A DNA stretch of 64,000 nucleotides from Histomonas meleagridis 2922-C6/04-290x. Taxonomy: Eukaryota; Protista; Parabasalia. The position numbers and the translations under genes are program-made. The stretch spans positions 42,700-106,699 of the forward strand of contig JAANOX010000006.1 of assembly GCA_020184695.1 (NCBI GenBank), given 5' to 3'. The notes below the pieces were generated by a model. That model was not told the origin of the DNA. It did not search any database and saw nothing but the letters and a program-made list of their open reading frames with translations. Shown here piece by piece: positions 43,816 to 54,711 of this stretch (positions are counted from its first letter, which is position 1; each line of letters opens with the position of its first letter).

Positions 43816-46800
43816 TCATTTAGGAAATAATTTCACTATATTTGTGTAACCTTTACTAGATGCATACATAAGTGCTGAATTATATAATTCTAATTAGTTC
43901 TAAATATTTGCATTAAACATAAAGTTATTAAAATAAACAATAAAAAAGCCAGATAAATATTTTTAGCATGAATATTTATGCCTTTTTGTTCAAGAAGTAA
44001 TTTAACTATTTCTACGTAACCACCTTCAGATGCAAGAATAAGTGCTGTATCAAATAATTTGGATAACTTCCAAACATTATAATGAAATTTCAAATTGTTA
44101 AGATAAATTCTAAATATAATAAATAAATATTTTTAGCATTAATATTTATGTCTTTTTGTTCAAGAAGTAATTTAACAATTTCTGTACGTCCATTTTTAGA
44201 TGCCAAAATTATTGCGGTATCAAACAATTTAAATAATTCCCAATAAAATTTTTGAAACAAAATAAACTGATTAAAATATACTCCAAACAAAACAAATAAA
44301 TATCTTTAGCATTAATATTAATTCCTTTTTGTTCAAGGAGTAATTTAACAATTTCTGCATGACCATTTTTAGATGCCCACATAAGTGGTGTATAAAATAA
44401 TATAAATGATTTCCAAATGATATTTATTAATAACATAGAATGATTAAAACATATTCTAAATAAAATAATTAACTACCCTTAGTATTAATATCAATTCCTT
44501 TTTGCTTAAGAAGTGATTTTACTATTTCCGTGTGACCATTTACAGATGCACATATAAGAGCTGTTTCAATGAATCACAATAAATTCCAAATTTTGTAATG
44601 AAATTTCAAATTATTATAATAAAATAATAATAAAATTAATGAATATTTTTTGCATCAACATCAATTCCTTTTTGTTCTAGAAGTAATTTAACTATTTCTG
44701 TATGTCCATTTTTAGATGCCCAAATAAGTTCTGTTTCAAATAATATTAATAATTTCCAAATATTACTTTAAAATATCAAATTATTAAAATAAATTCTAAA
44801 TAAAGTATTTTAATATTTTTAGCATTGATATCAATTCCATTTTGTTCAAGAAGTGTCTTAACAATTTCTATATGATTACCATCAGATGCATAAATAAGTG
44901 CTGTTTTAAATAATTCAAATAATTTCCAAGTTTCATGATGAAACATCAAACTATTAAATGAAATTCTAAATAAAGCTTTAAAATATTTTTAACATTAATA
45001 TTAATTCCTTTCTGTTCAACAATTGCTTTAACTATTTCTGTATGACCATTTTTAGATGCCCAAATAAGTGATGTATTAAATAATTCAAATAATTTCCAAA
45101 AATTCTTATGAAATATCAAATAATGAACATAAAAATTAAATAAAACATATTAATATCTTTAATGTTAATATTAATTCTATCTTGTTTAAGAAGTAATTTA
45201 ACTATTTCTGTATGACCATTTTTAGATGCTTCCATAAGTGCAGAAAATAAGTAAAACAAATCCCAAATATTATTTCAAAATATAAAATTCTTGAAATAAA
45301 AATAAAATTATATTCAAAAATTCTTTTAGCATTGATATTAATTCCTTCTTGTTCAATAAGTAATTTAACAATTTCCATGTGACCATTTCTAGATGCTAAA
45401 ATAAGTGCTACTTCAAATAATTTAAATATTTACCGAAAAACTTTAAGAAATAATATAAAATTATCAAAATTTATATTAAATCACATAATTAAATACTTTT
45501 AGTTCTAATATCAATTCCTTTTTGTTCGAGAAATAATTTAATGATTTTCAGATTTCCATTTAAGGATGCATATCCAACTGCTAATTCAAACAACTCAAAT
45601 AATTTCTAAATATAATTTAAAAGCATCATATTCAAAAAATAATATCTATATTAAACAAAAAAATGATTTTAGCATTATTTCCATTTCCTTCTTTTTCAAG
45701 AAGTAATTTAGCTATATCTATATTATTATTTAAAGATACTATCATAAGTGCTGTCTTAAATATATTTAACAAGTTCCAAATATTATTTTGAGATATCAAA
45801 TTATTAAAATAAATTTTAAATAACATAAAAAAATATCTTTAGCATTAATGTCAATTCCCTTTTGTTCAAGAATTAATTTCACAATTTCTATATAATCATT
45901 TTTAGATGCCCATATAAGTGCTGTTCTAAATAAAGTAAATAATTTCCAAATATTATTTTAAAATATCAAATCAACAAATTATAATTTAAAAGCCAAAAAT
46001 AGATATCTCCAATATTAATATCAATTCCTTCTTGTTCAAGAAGAAATTTCACAATTTCTAAATGACCATTTTTAGATGCACTTATAAGTGCTGATATAAT
46101 ATTTTGAATAAGTACCAAATATTTTATTGAAAAATCAAATTCAAACAAAATATTAAATCATTTTTATAATTAAAATTTATTTCTTTTTGCTCAAGAAAAT
46201 TATTAAATAACCCAATATTTACGCATAGACTTTCGTAAATAAAAACAAACAGTCACTTATGTTCGAATTAAATGTATTCTCATAAATATATTTAAAAATA
46301 TCGTTTCGATGAAACATAATTGCTGTTTCATATGCATTTTCAAATGATGAATGATTTTGTTCACATAAATGAATTATTTCTTCATTTCCACCTGCAATTG
46401 CATATTTACCTGTGTTTTCTACATTTGCTCCATTCATAAGTAAATATTTAAAACATTTTATAGAAGAAAAAAATGCTGCATAATCAATTAACGAAACATT
46501 TTCCTCATTAATAAATGAATATCTTTCATAAAGTGATGGTTTAATCGTCTGATTATAATCAAAATCATTTTGTGTTGACATTTCTTGAAGTTTTCCGATT
46601 TCATCATTTCGAATAATTTTTGCAATTTTATTTGGATTAACACCTTCTTTTATTAATTGCTTATGAAGTTCCCAATTATTTTTTGAAAGTTCTTCATAAT
46701 TTTCATTGAAATAATAATAAAATGGTGTTTGAGTAGAGGATTTTAATATGTTTATTGTTTCTGTTTCCAGATAATTTGCAAAATAAAATGTTTTTTTATT

Positions 46801-47244
46801 TTTGATTAAATTTGAAGAAATTAAATTTAAATCAATCATTCTTCCAAGAAGAAAGTATGATTCTTGAGAAGACAAATTAAGAAGATAATGCGAAAATGTA
46901 TTAATAATAATAGAATCATTTGTATTTAATTTATTTTCAGTATCTATCATGAAATTAAGATAGACATCAAAATCTTTCTTTTGTGCTATACATGATGAAT
47001 AAATCATTCGACTATAAGTCAAGATAGGGAATGGAAATATATTAGCATTAAAAAAATTTATTGTTGATTCTACAGACTCAATAAGATTATTATCGTTTAT
47101 ATTGAAAATAATGTTTTCAAGTGATTCTAATGCTAAGAGCCATTCGTTTGTTGTATAATGCGGCGCCACGATGTTTTCCTCTTTGCTTTGAGCATTTCCC
47201 ATTAAAAAAAAGGGAATAACGCACAAAATTCTGATCATTATCAA
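43816..47244 (-). CDS. DUF3447-ankyrin paralog C; 14 ankyrin segments each preceded by a non-coding spacer
   Basis: The DUF3447 ORF spans 47244-46219 and is followed by a broken junction. Then come 13 stop-free 90-nt segments (TALIWASKNGHTEIVKLLLEQKGIDINAKD-like) and a terminal one ending KLFPK* at 43816. Spacers are 65, 80, 80, 80, 83, 77, 80, 80, 80, 80, 83, 83, 80 and 80 nt. Confidence 0.72.
43850..46160 (-). repeat. ~170-bp tandem array (90-nt ankyrin segment + ~80-nt spacer of four degenerate 20-nt units)
   Basis: One spacer reads ATTTATTTATTATATTTAGA|ATTTATCTTAACAATTTGAA|ATTTCATTATAATGTTTGGA|AGTTATCCAAATTATTTGAT. The period is 167-173 bp. Confidence 0.92.
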
Positions 47245-47823
47245 TTTTGAATTGACTGTAAAATTTCACAATACAAAGAAACTTTTCCCATAAACATCAG
47301 AAAATGTTAGCGACGGTTTTTTCTGTAAAAAGCAGTTTCTTATCGTTTAATTTGTCTATCGGTTTAATATTAAAGTTACATCAATATTTTATTAATCCAA
47401 AAGTATCAATATTATCTATGAAAAAATATCAAATTTTTGCAGAAGGATTTAAAAATATCATATATGTAAAAAGTTTTTTAAGTCAAAAGAAATTCAGATT
47501 TTCGTGAATACTGAATAAAACACAATTTCATTTCAATAGATAAACAGAAGCCTTTTATTAGCGCAAAATAACATTGAAACGAATTTAATATCTTATTAAT
47601 TAAGTTGTGAATGATTTGACACAGAGGGTATCAGAAGGTCCAGCCTTAATTCAGACGAATTTTCATCATAAATTCAGTATATTTAGGTAACATAATGCTA
47701 GTTCTGACTCACAAGTTGTGACTTAATTTCGATTCATTTGGTTTCCTTTTTATGCTTTTTCCTAATTCTTAAGTTTTTGCGGTGAACAATTTGAAGAAAA
47801 AATAGAAATAAATACAAAAAGAA

Positions 47824-48822
47824 TTAAATTACAATTTTATTATTACAAATTGGCTCTATATAATCAATACCTTTTCGCGACTGACTCTCCAAGAGCCAGT
47901 CGGGAAAGATGATCCTTCTTTTATATATGCACTCTTCAGTTAGAGGCGCAAGGATCTCTGTTTTGATTTGACAATCTTCGTTAACAATCGCGTAAGCTGC
48001 AATGTTACGAGTTTTCTGGTAATTTGACGAGCTAAAAACTGTTAGGCAATTTCCGAAATGCCATTCAAATCCTTTATACATGAACTCATGTGCACGTATA
48101 AGACATTTCAAAGAATTGTTTTCGAGAAAAGAATTTAAGGCTGTGCTTCCAAACAGACAGCCACACTTCCGATCGCTAGGCCCAAATTCTTGAACAGTAT
48201 CCGATGGGTCGCTCCAAAGTAAATCAGAAACGAGATGTGGAAGGGAATTTAATGGCCTTTTGATGGCTTTAATCTGTTCAATTGATTCAAGTGAGGATGA
48301 AATTCCTCCATGAATACAAAAAATGGTTTGATTGATTATAGCAGCAATTGGCATCCAGCTAAAACAATCCAGAAAGGCAGCATACACTTCTTCGTTGTAT
48401 TTAGCTTTGCATTCATCAAAGAAACCATATGATTTGGAAACTTGCTCTGTTTCGTGGTTCCCACGTAAAAGGAATATGTTATCAGGGAACTTGATTTTAA
48501 GAGCAAACAAAAGAACAACGACTTCTACTGAGTACTTCCCTCTATCAACATAATCTCCAAGGAAGAGGTAGGAAGTCTTTGGAGGGTATCTGCAACGCTG
48601 GAAGATCCGGAGAATGTCATCAAGGTTTCCGTGTAAGTCTCCAACAACGACAAATTGCCCATTGAGCTCAAGTAGTGGAGGTTCAGACTCAAACATTTTT
48701 CTTGCGAAGGAAAGGGTACGAAGGATATGCTGGCTATCTATAACATACTGGAAGCCAATTTTAGCCCTATTTTGGCTCAAAAGTACTTGACAGACGAGAT
48801 CGTTAAGTACCTCAAATTCCAT
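47824..48822 (-). CDS. PPP-family Ser/Thr protein phosphatase (PP1-like)
   Basis: GDLHG, GDYVDRG, LRGNHE, HGG, DLLWSDP and RAHE motifs. Confidence 0.95.
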   Translation of the reverse strand: MEFEVLNDLVCQVLLSQNRAKIGFQYVIDSQHILRTLSFARKMFESEPPLLELNGQFVVVGDLHGNLDDILRIFQRCRYPPKTSYLFLGDYVDRGKYSVEVVVLLFALKIKFPDNIFLLRGNHETEQVSKSYGFFDECKAKYNEEVYAAFLDCFSWMPIAAIINQTIFCIHGGISSSLESIEQIKAIKRPLNSLPHLVSDLLWSDPSDTVQEFGPSDRKCGCLFGSTALNSFLENNSLKCLIRAHEFMYKGFEWHFGNCLTVFSSSNYQKTRNIAAYAIVNEDCQIKTEILAPLTEECIYKRRIIFPDWLLESQSRKGIDYIEPICNNKIVI

Positions 48823-49757
48823 ATACACAAAATTTTTGTTCGACGAATTTGAAACAAAAGTGCAGAAATTGGCAGCCTAACGGTCATGTGAAGTCGTCGA
48901 AGCTCAAAATTGAATATAGTCTTTGAAAAAGCGTGGTTAATTTGGTGGTTTTCGGCTAAAAGTGCTCACAAAACAACTGACCAAATTTGAATTAATTCCA
49001 TCGTAATGACTTTTTGTGTTAAAAAATGTGCCAATGTTTGCCTCAGATTAAAAAAACGGATGGTTTAAACTAATTAGTATTTATCATCCATCTTGATAAT
49101 GATTAAACTTTAATTCTACATCGCTTTCAACTTTAATGAGGGTTTGAGTAAATATGAACAGATTCCATGAAATTATTTAGAATATTGTTAATTTGTAAAA
49201 TTTATATGTATACGATTCTTGTGAAATAAATTCTTGACAATCATCATTTTAAAAATCTGAAATATGCCGTATCTTTGAACCTTTTTTGATTAATGGGAAT
49301 TTGGTGTCAAATGCTTTTTTTGTGTGAATAGTAAAGTAATCAAAATGCGTCAATTGACATCTCTTAAATTTTCGATTGAAACAGATTTTATTTGACTAAA
49401 GCATTTTCAAAAATCAATTGGCGGATCATGCTAATAAAATCCAACAATCTCATCAAATGTGAAAGAATATCATTGTGCTACCTTGATATTTCAAGGTATT
49501 ATTTTGTTATACCTCAGCTTGATTGAATAATATTGTAAAATTGATTTTTTTTCACCAATTAATTTTGACGTTTGATTTGATTCAGAGTTTAAATACCAGC
49601 TCATTTTTGAGGAAGCATTTGCTTAATGCTGAAATTTAGTTTCATTAAGCATCAATTATAAATGGCACAGGTGCTGTTACAGGTGAAACACAGGTGTTCC
49701 ATCGACCGTTTATTCCGATTCAAATTGAATTGCGGTTGGTTAACATTTCAATCAAAA

Positions 49758-50357
49758 ATGGGACCTCCACAGCAGGAACAAATCTGCTTTAAATTCATAA
49801 TTGTAGGGAATTCGGCTGTTGGGAAATCATGTTTATTACTTAGATTTGATGAAGATCGGTTCCAACCCATTCATGATGTTACTGTAGGGGTGACATTTTC
49901 CATTAAAATTCTACAAATTGATGGCCGAGAAGTTAAAGTTCAAATATGGGACACAGCTGGCCAGGAAGTTTTTCGTTCAATCACTCGGAGTTACTACAGA
50001 GATAGTGCATGCGCAATAATCGTTTTTGATATTACAGATACTACGTCATTCGATAAGATAGATGACTGGATCCAGGATATCAGGAGCATGTCACCAGCAA
50101 ATTGTCACATTGTTATTGTAGGTAACAAGATTGATCTTGCTGATCAAAGGACTGTTGAAACAGAAAAAGCAAGATCATTCGCTGAAAATGAAGGAATACC
50201 TTACTATGAAACATCTGCACTTTCAGGAGAAGGTGTAGAAAAACTTTTTAATGATTGTGTACATGATGTTTACAATAATTCCATTGGAATTCGCACCCTC
50301 GATCACACTGTAGATGTTGAAAAGGGCAGAGAATCCAAAGGAGGATGTTGCAAATGA
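49758..50357 (+). CDS. Rab GTPase (Rab2/14-like)
   Basis: GNSAVGKSCLLLRF, WDTAGQEVFRSITRSYYR, GNKID and ETSA motifs, with a C-terminal GGCCK prenylation site. Confidence 0.93.
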   Translation: MGPPQQEQICFKFIIVGNSAVGKSCLLLRFDEDRFQPIHDVTVGVTFSIKILQIDGREVKVQIWDTAGQEVFRSITRSYYRDSACAIIVFDITDTTSFDKIDDWIQDIRSMSPANCHIVIVGNKIDLADQRTVETEKARSFAENEGIPYYETSALSGEGVEKLFNDCVHDVYNNSIGIRTLDHTVDVEKGRESKGGCCK

Positions 50358-50693
50358 TTCATTTGGAATAAATAAATCTTTTCAAGTATTATATAATAAT
50401 TTGTTTTCATCCACGCCAAGAGAATGCTTGGGTTAAGGAGTGTTAATGCCTAGAAAAGTCAACATGTTAATTAACAAAAAATTAATTTTTAAAATTAATG
50501 AGATTTCTCATTTTTATCTTAAACATGTTAAATTAATACTCCTATGATCATCTTATGTGGAATATATTAAGAATTCTTAAAAAATGATAAATCATTGCAT
50601 TTAATTATCAATGTTTTGAAGTGCAAACAAGTATACAAGACCTTGTAGGGTGCTTAATTTATAATAAGAAAACTTTGAAATTAACAATTTATT

Positions 50694-51287
50694 TTAATCT
50701 ATTGGATGAGATTGAAAGAAATCAATATAATGATGAATGAATTTCTTTGCACATGGAACATAATGGCCGCCTTCATGCTCAAAAACAGTGGAATTAGGAA
50801 ATGATTGTAAATATCTGCGTTGTGATTCTGGTGGCGCAATTTGATCTGTTAAACCTATGACAAAAAGAGCAGGAATTTGGCAAGTACATGGAAACAATCT
50901 ATGAAGTGGAGAATCTTCTTTGGGATATGGAGAAGAAACTGAAACAATTATTTTGATCCAAGAAAATGGTGAAGATGGATTCACTGCTGCATGTGCGGCT
51001 AATTGAAGTCCAAGCATTGCACCCATTGAAAAGCCAAAAATTCCCACTAAATCAGGATTATTTTCTTTTGCTTCCTGAATAACTTTATATGATGCTTCCA
51101 ATGAGTCACCATCAACCCATGTTCGATTTAGAGAAGAAGGATCATCAGAACCGCTGTCAATAATAATTGGTCCATCAATGTAAACAAGTGTAATTCCAAT
51201 TTTTTTGAGATTGCTCACAAGGGCACCAGTTTGTGCCTTGAACCTCTTCGCATTTTGAATATGACCATGAAGCGCAAGGAGCTTCAT
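50694..51287 (-). CDS. FSH1/OVCA2 serine hydrolase
   Basis: LALHGHIQN, GFSMG nucleophile elbow and HEGGH catalytic His motif. Confidence 0.88.
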   Translation of the reverse strand: MKLLALHGHIQNAKRFKAQTGALVSNLKKIGITLVYIDGPIIIDSGSDDPSSLNRTWVDGDSLEASYKVIQEAKENNPDLVGIFGFSMGAMLGLQLAAHAAVNPSSPFSWIKIIVSVSSPYPKEDSPLHRLFPCTCQIPALFVIGLTDQIAPPESQRRYLQSFPNSTVFEHEGGHYVPCAKKFIHHYIDFFQSHPID

Positions 51288-51484
51288 GAATTTGGTCGCC
51301 AGCGACCGTTAATATAAAGTTCCATAATTTTGACAAGTGACATGAAATCAATCATCTTTTGAAATGTAAACTTTACAATTTTCAAAGCAAAAACGGTTTT
51401 GTTGACAGATTTTTGAAAACAATTTGGTTTCATTTATCCATAAAAAAAAATCGATTTTGTGATAGTTTATCATGATATTTGGAA

Positions 51485-52321
51485 TTATTCGAGAAGAAAG
51501 CTGGGAAGCAACTGCATTTCGTAGTGGTTTATTTGGTCGAAATTATTATTGGAATCAAAAGGATCATCATTAGAATTGAAGCTTTGGCTATAAGGCAAAA
51601 ATGACGAATAGCTCATACGTGTTTCATCTGCATATCGTACATGAATTGGTTTCGAACCGGCAAAGATAATCTGGTTGTTCATTGCGGCAATTGCATCTGT
51701 TGCAGATTGACAATTTGTATATCTGATGATACACCTCCATGACTGCGGGTCAATTAAATCAAACATATGCGGCGTAATTTGAACAATTTGTCCAAATTTC
51801 GAGAAAATATTCTGTACATATGGAACGTCGACCGTTAAGGGAAGCCGTTTAATATAAACGGTCGCTGATACTTGTTCTTGCTTCTCTTTGGATTGGGCAT
51901 ACTTTGCAAGGAGTTGCTTTTGACCAATTTGAAGACCATTTAACCCACGTATTGCAGCTTGAGCTTGTTGCAATGTTTCGAAGCGCACGAATCCAAAACA
52001 TTTTGATTGACCTGTTTCGAGATTTATCATGACTTTGCTCCGCACAATTTTCCCAAACTGCGAACATAAGTCTTGAAGATCCTTTTCGGTAAATTCTGCA
52101 GGGATGTAATTAATAAAAACATTTGTTGACGGTTCGATATTGGTCGAACATGGACGCGAACGCGACCCATGGGGCCTTTGGTAGGCCCCTGAACCACGAT
52201 TGTTTTTTAATGACGTTGGCTTGAAACGTGGTTTTGGCGTTATCTCCTCAGCCATTTTTTGTCGTGACCGTTTGCGTGATCGTTGATTTTGGCAAGCTAT
52301 TCCTGATTTAAAAATTGACAT
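51485..52321 (-). CDS. Two-RRM RNA-binding protein (RBMS/ELAV-like)
   Basis: RNP2 VFINYIP and RNP1 KCFGFVRF; the second RRM reads VYIKRLP...IHVRYAD. Confidence 0.88.
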   Translation of the reverse strand: MSIFKSGIACQNQRSRKRSRQKMAEEITPKPRFKPTSLKNNRGSGAYQRPHGSRSRPCSTNIEPSTNVFINYIPAEFTEKDLQDLCSQFGKIVRSKVMINLETGQSKCFGFVRFETLQQAQAAIRGLNGLQIGQKQLLAKYAQSKEKQEQVSATVYIKRLPLTVDVPYVQNIFSKFGQIVQITPHMFDLIDPQSWRCIIRYTNCQSATDAIAAMNNQIIFAGSKPIHVRYADETRMSYSSFLPYSQSFNSNDDPFDSNNNFDQINHYEMQLLPSFLLE

Positions 52322-53280
52322 TCAAAATTCAATCACCTATTCAAAATTATGAATTTTTTTATGAAATTTTTCAATTGTTGTAAAATGGGCCCTTTCGAAA
52401 TTTGTTCGGATGGAATAACTTTCATAATATAGAAGATGAATTCATCATAGTATTTGTTTTATTGATATGGATGATTAGTAAAGATAAACATCTAATGGTT
52501 TTACCTTTTTTTGCTTTTTTTTGTGATCAACAAATGAATTTTTAAACCATTTTTTTTTGATTTATTTGAATACAAACAATTTTTTGGGACATCTTCACAA
52601 GCATAAAGTTTTTATCTAATTTTTAGTGTTTTTTATTTTTGGCAAAAATAGAACAAAATGGGCAGGGTGCCCCTAATGATATAAGTTGAATAAATGTCAC
52701 TTTTAAAAGAGGATCTCTTGTTAATGAAGTCATAATAAAATAACAATTAGGATCAAAAAAAAATTGATTAAACACTTGTACTAAAGCATTTCGTTTACAC
52801 ATCCCTTCTACGCCTAAAAGCTTTTTCAACTTTGGAAGCATTGAATAAGAGATTTGACCGTTTGCCCAAAAAAAGAACCTGTTCCACTGAGCCAAAAAAT
52901 CCTGCTCGAAAATAAAAAGTGATATCACTATTTAAAGCCTTACCATAAAAGCAGTTGCAAAAAATTCAATACTTTTTCCTCTTACCTCTGCCCAAAATGA
53001 AAAACAAAAAATAACCGTTGAAGAAATGGCAAAACTTTTAGAAAAGTGAAATCAATCTTTTACTCTTAAGGCGGTCTTGCTAAAATAGGTAGGTATTTTC
53101 CAATGTTCACATTAAAAAATATGTGCTTCTGTGGGCAGAGATCTGCCCAAGATGAAAAACCCTACTAATTTTAAAATTTAATATCTTATTTAAACATTTA
53201 TGAAATTTTCATTATAAATCTAAAAAAGTCATTAAAACAAAAGCTTTTACAGAGAAATTTTATTAAATTTTCAATTTTTT

Positions 53281-54711
53281 TCATTTTCCAGTTAATTGTA
53301 ACTTATTTAATCTTTGTTCCACAGATGTATAAAATGTAGATGCCTGATTTATCAATCCATCTACGACAGATTTAGCTACTTGATTTGACTTAAACTTTTC
53401 GATTGTATTATTAATTATGTTATCAGATGCCATTGCTTGCTTAATTTGTTCTTTTAGTTCGCTACATACTTGTTGATATACTTGGTTTGGATTCCTTTGA
53501 AGTTCCTCAATTTTTGGAATCAATTGTTGCTTTAACAAACAAATTGCTTCCCATTCGGGAAAAGTGCCATCGCCGGTTTGGGCGGCTGAAGCGGTTTGAA
53601 CGGTTGGGGCGGTTAATGTTGATGCGTCTTGTTGACTGTAATCGAATTGTGGCTTGAATGCAGGCTGTGATGGTTGTGAGAATTGTTGGGCTGGTGGAGC
53701 TTGTGGAGTTTGTGGAGATGAGAAACTAGGTTCATATGATTGAGAATTTGATACGACAGAAAGAATGATGGATGTGTCGGGTTCTATCTTAGTAGGTTGT
53801 ATTGGCGGTGGATATTTTGGTGGAACTGCAGGTACAAGTTGGGAATATATCGATTTGTTCAATTGAAGAGCATTTTGAAGAATTGCCTCGAGCGACTTCT
53901 TCAAGAGTTGGATAGCGGTACTTATGGTTTGGCCATATGGCGTTGTAATGTTAAGTGGCTTTTCGAGAAAATGAAGTCCATCTTTGAAATTGGCAATAGC
54001 AATGCCACAATCTTGGCCATTAAGAGCAACCTTGCCCATGAAGTATCTGGTTTGGCCGTTGAGATAGATCTGTATTGATTGACATATTGGGAGGAAATAA
54101 GATTGTGCAAAATTATCAAGAGTTCGAGCTTGTTCAACGCATTGATCAATTGCAATAAGTGCTGCGTGTGAAGTCCTGGGGTAAAATTCTTCTTTTGGAG
54201 ATGTTAATATGATACTATATTTCCAACAACAAACAAGATAGTCATTATAGCACTGAAGAAATGTTAAGAGTTGTGGAGTAAATATCGGACTTTGGATTCG
54301 TGGAATTATATCATTCAAATTAATAATACATGAAATGCATGAAGCAATTAATGGCTTCATAGTTTTAAGATTTTCGGTATCTGATGAATCAAGTTGTACG
54401 ATGTGGGCATGAAGATAAGCAATATAATTCCAAATTGTATTTGCTATTTCAATTTCAATTGAACTTGAAGGAATAACAACATCAGGTGAAAATGGGCTAC
54501 ACCATCTGGACCTATATGGAGCGCCAATGTATTGATAAAGTAATTTGAGATAATCTTGAAAATCATTAGGTGTTGGATTTTGTGATTTTGTTTGACGTGA
54601 TAAATTTGAAGCTACGCTTGCGTTACTTTGAAACACAGTACGGAATTGTGATTCATCAGTAGGAAGGGATCTTGCATAAGGAATTGGGTGGAAAAGAAGA
54701 GAAGCTTTCAT
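53281..54711 (-). CDS. BRO1-domain protein (ALIX/BROX-like)
   Basis: LLYQY...WCSPFS...SIEIEIANTIWN; RYFMG...CGIAIA...ALQLNKSIYSQLVP, then a Pro/Gln-rich linker. Confidence 0.7.
   Translation of the reverse strand: MKASLLFHPIPYARSLPTDESQFRTVFQSNASVASNLSRQTKSQNPTPNDFQDYLKLLYQYIGAPYRSRWCSPFSPDVVIPSSSIEIEIANTIWNYIAYLHAHIVQLDSSDTENLKTMKPLIASCISCIINLNDIIPRIQSPIFTPQLLTFLQCYNDYLVCCWKYSIILTSPKEEFYPRTSHAALIAIDQCVEQARTLDNFAQSYFLPICQSIQIYLNGQTRYFMGKVALNGQDCGIAIANFKDGLHFLEKPLNITTPYGQTISTAIQLLKKSLEAILQNALQLNKSIYSQLVPAVPPKYPPPIQPTKIEPDTSIILSVVSNSQSYEPSFSSPQTPQAPPAQQFSQPSQPAFKPQFDYSQQDASTLTAPTVQTASAAQTGDGTFPEWEAICLLKQQLIPKIEELQRNPNQVYQQVCSELKEQIKQAMASDNIINNTIEKFKSNQVAKSVVDGLINQASTFYTSVEQRLNKLQLTGK

Noticed and set aside
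41495-46160. Ankyrin arrays as CRISPR-like repeat-spacer arrays
   Set aside because: The context is eukaryotic, the conserved parts are 87-90-nt protein-coding segments, the spacers are homologous to each other rather than unique, and there are no cas genes.
41495-46160. Ankyrin spacers as ordinary GT-AG or AT-AC spliceosomal introns
   Set aside because: There is no conserved GT or CTAAC. The AG in ACAG is absent in many repeats (ACA-TCA, ACA-CCA, ACC-GCA, TCT-GCA), and the AT..AC cuts I tried give out-of-frame joins.
24548-46219. Stop-codon reassignment (TGA/TAA read as amino acids) explaining broken ORFs
   Set aside because: In-frame TGAs in the kexin remnant correspond to different expected residues (R, G, probably W). 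Intact genes end with TAA, TAG or TGA, and long ORFs have no internal stops. The ankyrin spacers also shift frame.
52623-53150. 101-aa ORF and a small GGGCAG-AGAT-CTGCCC hairpin/9-bp inverted repeat as a MITE or ncRNA
   Set aside because: There is no recognisable protein, no terminal inverted repeats with a target duplication, and the short inverted matches are within chance expectation.
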